35,174 bases of DNA from Deltaproteobacteria bacterium (GCA_038043305.1 JBBTCG010000069.1:1-35174); one strand, 5' to 3'; counted from the first letter of the stretch, positions 1 to 7,530 are shown. The notes: generated by a model not told the origin, from the letters alone. Translations and numbers: made by a program.

Positions 1-1
1 T

Positions 2-673
2 GAGCTAAAAAAAATGCCGGAAGTTATGAAGCGAGTTGAGGCAGTAGCTTCTTTTCGGCATAGTAGCGTAAGCGCACCAACTCGAAAAATTGCAGATATG
101 CCTACTCGATTCCACACAGAATGCATTCCAAAAAGCCGTTATCTTGCATTACCGCAGGTATCGTCAGTGCGTCGTCTTTATATTCCAATTGCATTTCTTG
201 ATCAGACCGTGCTTTGTGGGGACAAACTGAGGATTGTTGAACCGGCAACGATGTATCACTTTGGTGTATTGCATTCTTTGATGCATATGGTATGGATGCG
301 CTACACAAGTGGTAGGCTTAAGAGTGACTATCAGTATTCTATTGTTATCGTCTACAACAACTACCCGTGGCCGGGCGCGCCCACGGACAAACAACGCAAG
401 GCCATCGAAAAAACAGCGCAGGCCGTACTCGACGCCCGCGCCGCGCATCCCGGCTCATCGCTGGCCGACCTCTACGACCCAATTGCCATGCCGCCTGACC
501 TCAGACGGGCGCATCAGGTGCTTGATAAAGCCGTTGATGCCGCTTATGGCAAAAAAAGCTTTTCTTCCGACGCCGAGCGGGTGGCGCTTCTCTTTGAGCT
601 TTACCACAAATACACAAGCCTATTCCCTTCGCCGGAGATTCAGAAAAAACGCAGAAAGAGGATTGTAAGGTAG
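2..673 (+). CDS. MmeI-family type IIG/IIL restriction-modification enzyme (DNA methyltransferase/endonuclease), C-terminal fragment; 5' end lies outside the window
   Basis: The frame is open from base 2, with no stop before the first Met at 14. The tail NNYPWP..KQRKAIEKTAQAVLDARAAHPGSSLADLYDPIAMPPDLRRAHQVLDKAVDAAYGKK..SDAERVALLFELYHKY matches the conserved C-terminus of MmeI/YeeA-like methyltransferases. Confidence 0.7.
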   Translation, partial: ELKKMPEVMKRVEAVASFRHSSVSAPTRKIADMPTRFHTECIPKSRYLALPQVSSVRRLYIPIAFLDQTVLCGDKLRIVEPATMYHFGVLHSLMHMVWMRYTSGRLKSDYQYSIVIVYNNYPWPGAPTDKQRKAIEKTAQAVLDARAAHPGSSLADLYDPIAMPPDLRRAHQVLDKAVDAAYGKKSFSSDAERVALLFELYHKYTSLFPSPEIQKKRRKRIVR

Positions 674-935
674 ATGTCTGTAGACCGTAAATGCTCTGAG
701 CATAGCGTTTTCGAGGGCAAGCGTTGTTGGAAGACCATATTTGCTATTTAACGGTCATGGTGGTAATGTTTTTGGCAATGAAATGGCGGCGATAGTTGAG
801 GTGACGGTGTGGTTGTCCTCTTGCCCGAGATTGATCATGAACAAGCAGGCTTTGAAGCGTTGGTTCGTTTATGGGCGCAAGCACGAGCCTGTGATTATAT
901 TTTGAAGATTTTGGAGATTTTGGAGATTGAAAATA

Positions 936-1265
936 ATGCTTAGAATGATTACCGAGGAGACGATTAAAGAAGCCGCGAAACGGCTTGCCGATAAGTTTCA
1001 TCCGGATCGGATTATCCTTTTCGGCTCTTATGCGAGGGGCACTGCGGATAAGCACAGCGACGTTGACCTGCTCGTGATATGCCGGGTTAAGAAAAACAGA
1101 AGGAAGCTGGCGGTTGAGATGGATATGACGCTCTGGGGGCTTGGGATGGCGAGAGATATCGTATTGCTGACGCCGAAAGAGTATGAGGTGGAAAGGCAAA
1201 TCCCCGGTACTATCGCGCGATATGCGTGGAAGGAAGGTAGGGCGCTTTATGACCATAAGCGGTGA
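936..1265 (+). CDS. Minimal nucleotidyltransferase (MNT/MntA-like antitoxin of a HEPN-MNT type VII TA pair)
   Basis: Carries the Pol-beta-type NTase signature LFGSYARGTADKHSDVDLLV. The ATG at 936 lies 10 nt after a GGAG; the ORF track starts at TTG 927. The 3' end overlaps the HEPN gene. Confidence 0.85.
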   Translation: MLRMITEETIKEAAKRLADKFHPDRIILFGSYARGTADKHSDVDLLVICRVKKNRRKLAVEMDMTLWGLGMARDIVLLTPKEYEVERQIPGTIARYAWKEGRALYDHKR

Positions 1266-1662
1266 AACAAACCGTATCGTAAAGCAATGGGTTGAATATG
1301 CCGAAGAAGACCTGCGCGTAGCCAAGTATGCGCTTAAGATCAAAAGTGCTGCTCCGCATAAAATTATCGCCTTTCACGCACAGCAGTGCGCTGAGAAATA
1401 CCTGAAATCTTTTCTTGTTTGCAAAGATGTTGATTTTGCATATACCCATAATATAGCGTTGCTGCTCGAATTATCTTCACCTCATGCGGGATGGGTGGCG
1501 TCGTTGCAAGGGTTGGGGGTCTTAACTCAATATGCCGTTACTACACGCTATCCCGGAAAGGACATTGTGAGCAAAAAAGAGGCGTTAAAAGCCGTTGAAT
1601 TGGCCTCTCTCGCAAGAAAAACCGTAAGGTCTGCCTTAAAGCAGGAAGGTCTGATTTTGTGA
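1249..1662 (+). CDS. HEPN-domain protein (HepT-like toxin partner of the MNT)
   Basis: The sequence WVEYAEEDLRVAKYAL..AFHAQQCAEKYLKSFL..YTHNIALLLEL is typical of HEPN domains. The ATG at 1249 overlaps the MNT stop by 17 nt, the classic mntA-hepT arrangement. The track's longer start at 1183 is probably an upstream extension. Confidence 0.8.
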   Translation: MTISGETNRIVKQWVEYAEEDLRVAKYALKIKSAAPHKIIAFHAQQCAEKYLKSFLVCKDVDFAYTHNIALLLELSSPHAGWVASLQGLGVLTQYAVTTRYPGKDIVSKKEALKAVELASLARKTVRSALKQEGLIL

Positions 1663-1734
1663 GAGCTGCCTCTATCGTCAGCCTCATCATAAATTCCCCC
1701 TGCGTAGCGCATTTCTAATGTAAGGAGACTTGAC

Positions 1735-1920
1735 ATGGCTCATTCGCACGACGCTGAAGAGTACCGGAAGATTGAAGTTCTGATTGAAGAAGATCAGCTT
1801 GAACTGCTCACCGCGCTCGCGGACGAGTATAGGGAAAAACTCGGCAAGGGGTGGGACCTTAGCGCCATCGTAAGGGTAGCGGTGGGAGATTTTCTAACGA
1901 AGATGGGGAAGATGAGTTAA
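1735..1920 (+). CDS. Small ribbon-helix-helix (CopG/Arc-like) DNA-binding protein
   Basis: 61 aa. The pattern is beta-strand RKIEVLIEEDQLELL, then helix LTALADEY, then helix SAIVRVAVGDFL. A GGAG lies 8 nt upstream of the ATG. Confidence 0.55.
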   Translation: MAHSHDAEEYRKIEVLIEEDQLELLTALADEYREKLGKGWDLSAIVRVAVGDFLTKMGKMS

Positions 1921-2020
1921 CTTACCTTTCATGAAAGAAAGGTAAGCCCAAAGAACTTTAATAGGGAACAAACACCAAGGCTGACGGATACTCATATTGC
2001 CCGTGCGGCACGCACCCTTT
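1921..2020 (+). repeat. Dispersed ~100-bp hairpin-headed repeat, copy A
   Basis: CTTACCTTTCATGAAAGAAAGGTAAG hairpin, then CCCAAAGAACTTTAATAGGGAAC, then GGCTGACGGATACTCATATTGCCCGTGCGGCACGCACCCTT. It aligns by eye with the copies at 8351, 23069, 23159, 26764 and 27586. Confidence 0.85.
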
Positions 2021-2032
2021 TCATGGAAACTA

Positions 2033-3115
2033 ATGTATTCAAACTACATTACTGGCGTCAAAGGCCGCGTAGATTCAAATAAGGACTGCGGCGTCGGCGA
2101 GATACGCACCCTTGTTGATAAGGCCGAGGTGCGCCTTTTCGGCGAGGCCGGGCGCTTTGAGACCTTCCACTGGAGCGCCAACATCCACGGCGTAGTTATA
2201 AGGCTCATAACCAACTCAAGGCATCTTTACGAGTTCTGGGTTGAAAACTGGTATCCGGCCCCACGTTCCCATACCGTGCTTCCGCACGGGGTCATCTACG
2301 CCGTAACCGGGATTTCAGGCGAGGCCCCTCGCGCATACTACAACCACGAGACAAAGACGGCCGTGTTCGTCAATACCGAATATTACGGCCAGTGCAAGAG
2401 CTGGGCGCTCGGTATGGCCGCGGATATATTGGAGACGCAGCACGGCATACACTCCATACACGGCTCATGCGCCGTGGTCAAGGGCAGGGGCGTGGTCATA
2501 ATCGCTCCGACCGGCACCGGAAAATCAACGCATACATGGGGGCTGATGCAGTTGCCTGACGGCAAGATTCACTCCGATGACTGGATATTCCTTCAGTACA
2601 AGAAGGGGCTTGCGATGGCCGACATCTCTGAGAGGAAGTTTTACCTCCGCACGGACATGGTAAGGAGCTTCCCTGAGATAGCCCCGCTCCTTGAAAAAAG
2701 CATGTGCGAGAACGTGGTTGACAACGACTTTACGGCCTTTGGTAACTCAAGGGCGCTCCTTGACCCGGAATGGATAGCCGGGCCGGATAAGTTCGTGGAG
2801 AGAACGGCCGTTGCGTGTGTGATACTATTGAGGCGCGATAAGGAATCGTTGCCGGAGCTCAATCTCAACGCCGATGAAGCGGTACGCATCCTTGAGGAGG
2901 GCAGGGTGCTCTCGCTTGCAGGCGCGGGCGCGAAGGACGGGGAGTTCACTTGCGAGCCGTATTACAACCCGTATCTCCTCGTCAGAAGACACAAGATGCA
3001 AAATGATTTTTTCAGGCTCCTGTTCTCAGCCGCGACATGTCATATCCTGAATACCGGAGTCGAGGGCGTGAACCAGACTCAGGCGCGCATAAGACGCATC
3101 GTGGATGAGGCGTGA
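2033..3115 (+). CDS. Uncharacterised P-loop protein of the HPr-kinase / PEP-carboxykinase-like fold
   Basis: SIHGSCAVVKGRGVVIIAPTGTGKSTHTWGL resembles the HprK Walker-A context. It is followed by IHSDDWIF, which resembles the DD motif of PEPCK-like kinases. The track start (TTG 1997) lies inside repeat copy A, so ATG 2033 is preferred. Confidence 0.55.
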   Translation: MYSNYITGVKGRVDSNKDCGVGEIRTLVDKAEVRLFGEAGRFETFHWSANIHGVVIRLITNSRHLYEFWVENWYPAPRSHTVLPHGVIYAVTGISGEAPRAYYNHETKTAVFVNTEYYGQCKSWALGMAADILETQHGIHSIHGSCAVVKGRGVVIIAPTGTGKSTHTWGLMQLPDGKIHSDDWIFLQYKKGLAMADISERKFYLRTDMVRSFPEIAPLLEKSMCENVVDNDFTAFGNSRALLDPEWIAGPDKFVERTAVACVILLRRDKESLPELNLNADEAVRILEEGRVLSLAGAGAKDGEFTCEPYYNPYLLVRRHKMQNDFFRLLFSAATCHILNTGVEGVNQTQARIRRIVDEA

Positions 3116-3118
3116 AGG

Positions 3119-3185
3119 CAGTTATCGGTATACGGTTATCGGTTAAGGATAATTATCTTTAAACCGATAATCGTTTTTTATCGTA
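3119..3185. repeat. 7-nt-periodic palindromic element (CGGTTAT/CCGATAA variant), probable terminator of the preceding gene
   Basis: GTTATCGGTATACGGTTATCGGTTAAGGATAATTATCTTTAAACCGATAATCGTTTTTTATCG. Inverted CGGTTA..TAACCG arms are followed by a T-run. Confidence 0.55.
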
Positions 3186-3413
3186 GGATGAACGGCTATA
3201 ACGCCAACCAGTAAACAGTCCATCAGGCTTTACTCCTCCTTCGACAACCAACTGACGTTTATGGTTTTTCACGCATCACTGTCTTTACAAGCCGCTACAG
3301 TGCCTGCGAATTATAAGTAACATTTCTCTTGCATTGTTATAGCGTCAATGGTAACATTCGCCTACTTGTACAATTGTTCTTCAAGCAATATAACTTATAT
3401 CATGGAGATTGTT

Positions 3414-3737
3414 ATGACTGATGGCTATATAATGGTACTTATCACAGTATCCAAACCTGAGGAAGGCGAGGCCATAGCAAAGAAGGTGGTTGTGGAAGGG
3501 CTGGCGGCATGTTGCAATATAGTCTCCGGGCTGCGTTCGATATACAGCTGGGAAGGCAAGTTGTGCAACGAGCCTGAGGCGCTGTGCATCTTCAAGACAA
3601 GGGCATCCATGTTCGACAGGCTCAAGGACAGGATAAAGGAACTGCACAGCTACAAGGTTCCTGAGATAATCTCGATTGACATCAAGAACGGTCTTGCCGA
3701 GTACCTTGGTTGGATTGACGAGAGCACTAAAGGCTGA
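3414..3737 (+). CDS. cutA: Divalent-cation tolerance protein CutA
   Basis: LAACCNIVSGLRSIYSWEGKL..EALCIFKT....HSYKVPEIISIDIKNGLAEYLGWI matches the CutA1 family throughout. A GGAG lies 6 nt before ATG 3414; the track start at 3348 is an extension. Confidence 0.85.
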   Translation: MTDGYIMVLITVSKPEEGEAIAKKVVVEGLAACCNIVSGLRSIYSWEGKLCNEPEALCIFKTRASMFDRLKDRIKELHSYKVPEIISIDIKNGLAEYLGWIDESTKG

Positions 3738-3788
3738 TAACATGACAACCCTTCCGGACAGGCCGTTATAAAACGCATGGCAAGCGCG

Positions 3789-4092
3789 TTAGCCGTCTAA
3801 AGTGTCTGCTTCCCAAAGGCCCGCCGCTGTCCCGACCTCGTATCTGATAACCCCGGTTTCATTAGTAAAGAACCACTTCATTACGGAGAACGTATAGTCC
3901 TTTTCAATGCGTACCGGCCCGCTATGGCCGCTTGTCAATACGCCGGTTGTTTTCAAGAGCGTCAAAGTCCGCAGTGTATGCCCCTCCTGAGTCGTGTCTG
4001 TATAACTCCTCTGCTCTCTTGATGGACGTAAGGTATGATATTGCCGCGACCTCTCTCGCCTTGTCCAAAAATCTGTGTATTTCCATCTTCAT
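3789..4092 (-). pseudogene. Small protein-like ORF split by an apparent frameshift, divergent from lexA
   Basis: A GAGGA SD lies 8 nt before ATG 4092. The first frame gives MKMEIHRFLDKAREVAAISYLTSIKRAEELYRHDSGGAYTADFDALENNRRIDKRP*, with TAG at 3922-3924. A frame shifted by one base continues ..GPVRIEKDYTFSVMKWFFTNETGVIRYEVGTAAGLWEADTLDG*, with its stop at 3789-3791. Both parts fall below the track's length or Met filter. Confidence 0.3.
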
Positions 4093-4127
4093 GGGAGTGT
4101 CCTCGGGCGTCTATTTTCATACGGCCA

Positions 4128-4156
4128 TTGACATACGCCTGCTCCATGTTTATAAT
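4128..4156 (+). promoter_or_regulatory. Consensus sigma70-type promoter of lexA
   Basis: TTGACA (4128-4133), a 17-nt spacer, then TATAAT (4151-4156), ending 28 nt upstream of the lexA ATG. Confidence 0.55.
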
Positions 4157-4183
4157 AGGGGAACATCAGTATCCCATAAAAAT

Positions 4184-4801
4184 ATGACGAAGAACAAGAC
4201 CCTTACCAAGCGTCAGAGCGATATATTGGAGTTTCTTAAAGGTTTCATAGTTGAGAACGGGTATCCTCCCGCGCTCAGGGAGATTGCCGCGTATTTTCGC
4301 ATAGCAAGTCATAAGAATGTCGCAAAACACCTTGATGCGCTTGATAAAAAAGGTTTTATACGGCGAGGTAAGCGCATATCGAGGGCAATAGAAGTTATAG
4401 ACCACGCGGCGGCAAAAGATACATTCCTTGTTCCCATATTGGGGCAGGTAAGGGCAGGGGTCCCGCATCAGGCCGTAGAGGATATATCAGGCCATGTTGC
4501 CTTGGACAGCCGGTTTTTCAGGTGCAAGGATGCGTTCTTACTCAAGGTGGCTGGAAAAAGCATGTCCGGCGCAGGCATCGAGGACGGCGATCATGTCCTT
4601 GTAAGCAGGCAAAGCCATGCTCAGAACAACGACATAGTGGTCGCGCTTCTTGGCGACTCGGCATCAGTAAAGAGGTTTTTCTTTGACGGCAAGACAGTAA
4701 CGCTCAGGCCGGAAAACCCTGATTTTGAGCCTGTCATCGTAAAAAGCTCTCAGGAGTTTTCCATCATCGGCAAGGTAGTGTCGGTTATAAAACATACTTA
4801 G
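4184..4801 (+). CDS. lexA: LexA SOS repressor (S24 autopeptidase)
   Basis: N-terminal wHTH LTKRQSDILEFLKGFIVENGYPPALREIA. Ala-Gly cleavage site in GQVRAGVP. Catalytic Ser in AGKSMSGAGIEDGD and Lys in SVKRF. The ATG at 4184 gives 205 aa; the track start at 3932 is a spurious extension. Confidence 0.9.
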   Translation: MTKNKTLTKRQSDILEFLKGFIVENGYPPALREIAAYFRIASHKNVAKHLDALDKKGFIRRGKRISRAIEVIDHAAAKDTFLVPILGQVRAGVPHQAVEDISGHVALDSRFFRCKDAFLLKVAGKSMSGAGIEDGDHVLVSRQSHAQNNDIVVALLGDSASVKRFFFDGKTVTLRPENPDFEPVIVKSSQEFSIIGKVVSVIKHT

Positions 4802-4806
4802 CATAA

Positions 4807-4880
4807 GGCCGTGACCGTGAACCGTGACCGTAGGGCAACTCATCCCCTTAATAAAGGGGAGGCTGGGAGGGGTTTGCCTT
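4807..4880. repeat. Composite intergenic element: CCGTGA(A/C) heptads plus a C-rich hairpin module
   Basis: GGCCGTGACCGTGAACCGTGACCGTAGG is followed by TCCCCTTAATAAAGGGGAGGCTGGGAGGGGTTTGC. The reverse complement of the second part resembles 33478-33517. Confidence 0.6.
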
Positions 4881-4901
4881 GCGGTCTTCTGGAGCCGTTA
4901 A

Positions 4902-6128
4902 ATGACCAATCCCGACAGAACGATAATGCACGTTGACATGAACGCCTTTTTCGCTTCCATAGAGCAACATGATAGTCCTGCCCTTCGCAACAAGCCGATA
5001 GCGGTCGTGGGTTCCGGCCACAGAACAGTCGTAACCACGGCCTCTTATGAGGCGCGCGCCTTCGGCGTAAAGACCGGCATGAACAGGTATGAGGCCAAAA
5101 AGGCGTGCAGGGACCTGATATTCGTCGTGGGCGACAACCGCAAATACATTGACGCATCCTTGCGGGTGATGGATATATTAAGCGGTTTTTCCCCGGTGGT
5201 TGAGCCGTGCTCCATTGACGAGGCCTTTGTTGACATGACCGGCTCAGAGGCGCTCCTTGGCGAGGCCGCGCATGTCGCAAAGGCGATAAAGCGGAAGATA
5301 CGGGACGCCATCGGCATCACATGTTCTATCGGTATTGCGCCGAATAAGCTCCTTGCAAAATTGGCCTCATGCCTTCAAAAACCGGACGGATTAGTCCTGA
5401 TACGGCGCTCTGAGGCGGCCGGACTGCTTGAAGATATGCCGGTAGACAAGCTCTGCGGCATAGGACCGTCGCTTACGGCACAACTTGAGGGCCTTGGCAT
5501 AAGGACGTGCGGGCCGCTTGGCCGTTTTTCCGAAGGCATATTGAGAAGGCGCTTCGGCATAATCGGGGCAAGGCTAAAGCTCATGGGGCAGGGGATTGAT
5601 GAGAGCGTTGTCAAATCGCACGAGGAAGAGGCGAAAAGCATAGGACACTCTCATACGTTGCCGTTGGATGTATCCGATAAATCAGCTATTAAATGGCATA
5701 TCTTCAAACTCTCTTCAATGGTTGCAAGGAGGGCGAGAAGACACGGACTTATGGGCCACACTGTGCAGCTTACGTTAAGGTACGCTGATTTCAATACATT
5801 CACGAGACGCGCGCGCCTGCCTATGTCATCCAATGACGAGCGCGTTCTAACCGCTGCGGCCTCTGCCATATTGGACTCCATTCGCCTTGCAATGGCGGTG
5901 AGGCTTGTCGGCGTTACCTTGTCCGGCGTGGCGTGCTATTCCAGTCAGCTTGAGCTTTTTCCGGGCAGTGAAAAAAGACAAAGGCTTCTTGCCGTTCTTG
6001 ATTCGGTAAACGCGGCCTTTGGTTCATCGTCGCTTACGTGGGCTGTGCTCCGTGATGACGGACTGGAAAGCAACGTCATATCCCCTGCATGGAGGCCGAC
6101 CGGGACGAGGATGATAGATTGGCTGTAG
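4902..6128 (+). CDS. dinB: Y-family DNA polymerase IV
   Basis: MHVDMNAFFASIEQ, CSIDEAFVDMTG and SIGIAPNKLLAKLAS are hallmark DinB motifs. The gene lies 100 nt downstream of lexA on the same strand. Confidence 0.9.
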   Translation: MTNPDRTIMHVDMNAFFASIEQHDSPALRNKPIAVVGSGHRTVVTTASYEARAFGVKTGMNRYEAKKACRDLIFVVGDNRKYIDASLRVMDILSGFSPVVEPCSIDEAFVDMTGSEALLGEAAHVAKAIKRKIRDAIGITCSIGIAPNKLLAKLASCLQKPDGLVLIRRSEAAGLLEDMPVDKLCGIGPSLTAQLEGLGIRTCGPLGRFSEGILRRRFGIIGARLKLMGQGIDESVVKSHEEEAKSIGHSHTLPLDVSDKSAIKWHIFKLSSMVARRARRHGLMGHTVQLTLRYADFNTFTRRARLPMSSNDERVLTAAASAILDSIRLAMAVRLVGVTLSGVACYSSQLELFPGSEKRQRLLAVLDSVNAAFGSSSLTWAVLRDDGLESNVISPAWRPTGTRMIDWL

Positions 6129-6129
6129 G

Positions 6130-6155
6130 GCAAGGCTTGGGCCTTGCGATTTATC
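6130..6155 (+). terminator. Candidate stem-loop terminator after dinB
   Basis: GCAAGGC-ttgg-GCCTTGC followed by GATTTATC. The T-tract is weak. Confidence 0.35.
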
Positions 6156-6203
6156 GGCGACGCTCGACGCACACGAACACGGCTTTTAAAAAGTCGTCTC
6201 GCT

Positions 6204-6509
6204 CTATCTAAGGAGCCTCGGAGTCGTTCCGGGGTCCGGACGGAAGGGCACTCCGTTTTCTTGAACTATCGTGTTCAGTTCCTTGCCGCTCAAATATAGC
6301 CGTTCAAGAGGCCCTTGGTTGGAATCCATCATCTCGTACCATGATTCTCCGTCATATTGAAAAGCCTTCGTGAGCACGACCTCGTGCCCGCCTATGCCTC
6401 CCTTTGGCACTACGTTCACCAAGACCGGACGGCCTTCATTGAGGGTCTTGGCGAAATCAGAGCTGCGCACTACCTCGGCCTGGCCAAAGGATTCGGCCAA
6501 CATGATCAT
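6204..6509 (-). CDS. Hypothetical 101-aa protein; possibly a Cys-less remnant of a papain-fold peptidase
   Basis: A GGAGAA SD lies directly upstream of the ATG. GGIGGHEVVLTKA ... YEMMDSNQG resembles the His and Asn/Asp half of papain-like cysteine peptidases. The protein contains no cysteine. Confidence 0.4.
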   Translation of the reverse strand: MIMLAESFGQAEVVRSSDFAKTLNEGRPVLVNVVPKGGIGGHEVVLTKAFQYDGESWYEMMDSNQGPLERLYLSGKELNTIVQENGVPFRPDPGTTPRLLR

Positions 6510-6535
6510 TTCTCCGCCATTGAGCGCGTGGAATT

Positions 6536-7474
6536 TTAATACACCTTGATATCCCTTATCTCCTTAGACTTCGTTTTCAAAGAGAGGATTTCGTCCGTAT
6601 TTATATACGTCCAGCACTTGTCCATGATAACCGGATACATTTTTTTGATAGCATCGGCTATCGCGTCTGTCCTGCCGTCAAAAAGCTCCTTGCCGGCCGT
6701 GTATTCGAACTGATTCCCTCCAAGGCGCTTAACGTTGCCTTCGTAAATTTCCATGCCGCTTACCATGGTTTCTTCCAAATTGAGTCTCTTAATCCACATC
6801 TTCTGCCCTGAAAGGGGTTCACGCATCTCGAACGCCACCCATCCGGAGATTTTCATTTCGAATTCACGAGTCATGCGAACTTTATGACGCCCCCCCCTGA
6901 TCACATTCCTGCTCTTAATCGTCCCATCGTCTTCGGTATACTGTTCGACGACCTTTTCCCCCCCTTCGATTCCTTGTTCGACGATCCAGATATGGTCGTA
7001 TGCGGAATTAGTGGCCTGTGCCGAAGCGCGCCGCTCCCCGCTGTCCTGCCTGTTGCGGTTCATAACCTTGTATTTGGTCTCGGCAGCTATGTAAACCTTA
7101 GGAGCTAACGTCAGGTCCGACATCTTCTTATCGGGATATGTTATATCGTCAAGTTCTTTGTACGGTCCCTTTGCCGTCATCCCCTTGGAAATGATTACCT
7201 TGTCCATATCTATGCCCATTGAGGCTGAAAACCCCTTGGCCACCTTTTTGTAAATCTCGTTCGTTAAAACGCTGTCTTCCTCTTTATATGACGGATTTAC
7301 CACGATAATCGTGGCATGGACGGATACGGCCGCCTTTTGCTCAGGCGGGTTATAAATATACGAATATGCTCCGCCCCATGGCGACACCGGTAATCGCCCA
7401 AGCTGACGTTGGGGTATACAAGAGACTAAAAACCCAAGACTTACAAAAAGCATGAGTATCATTACCTTACGCAT
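6536..7474 (-). CDS. Lipoprotein, HpaA-like (neuraminyllactose-binding hemagglutinin family) by motif resemblance
   Basis: A GGAGG SD lies 6 nt before ATG 7474. Signal peptide plus lipobox: MRKVMILMLFVSLGFLVS-C. GWVAFEMREPLSGQKMW and TDAIADAIKKMYPVIMDK recall the ..ILEPMSGES.. and NDAIKSALNKIF.. segments of H. pylori HpaA, from memory and not searched. Confidence 0.55.
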   Translation of the reverse strand: MRKVMILMLFVSLGFLVSCIPQRQLGRLPVSPWGGAYSYIYNPPEQKAAVSVHATIIVVNPSYKEEDSVLTNEIYKKVAKGFSASMGIDMDKVIISKGMTAKGPYKELDDITYPDKKMSDLTLAPKVYIAAETKYKVMNRNRQDSGERRASAQATNSAYDHIWIVEQGIEGGEKVVEQYTEDDGTIKSRNVIRGGRHKVRMTREFEMKISGWVAFEMREPLSGQKMWIKRLNLEETMVSGMEIYEGNVKRLGGNQFEYTAGKELFDGRTDAIADAIKKMYPVIMDKCWTYINTDEILSLKTKSKEIRDIKVY

Positions 7475-7530
7475 TAAGACCTCCCCGATATTTTTTACAT
7501 TGTGAGGCTTCATCTTCATTACGCTCATGG

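Noticed and set aside
674-926. Short ORFs in the spacer after the RM gene (25 aa from ATG 674; 22 aa MNKQALKRWFVYGRKHEPVIIF)
   Set aside because: They have no SD and no recognisable motif, and are too short to support.
906-929. Tandem AGATTTTGG x2.5 duplication upstream of the MNT gene
   Set aside because: It is a short local duplication that simply provides the GGAG SD. It is too small to be a meaningful repeat element.
744-1343. 199-aa minus-strand ORF across the MNT/HEPN locus
   Set aside because: It overlaps the well-supported nucleotidyltransferase gene on the other strand and part of a gene-free spacer. The sequence is not protein-like and has no SD.
3932-4183. 84-codon N-terminal extension of lexA in the track ORF
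   Set aside because: The extension runs through lexA's own consensus promoter and across the antisense small gene. LexA homology starts at MTKNKTLTKRQ (ATG 4184).
4840-5280. 146-aa Arg/Pro/Cys-rich minus-strand ORF
   Set aside because: It lies antisense to dinB and is a compositional artefact.
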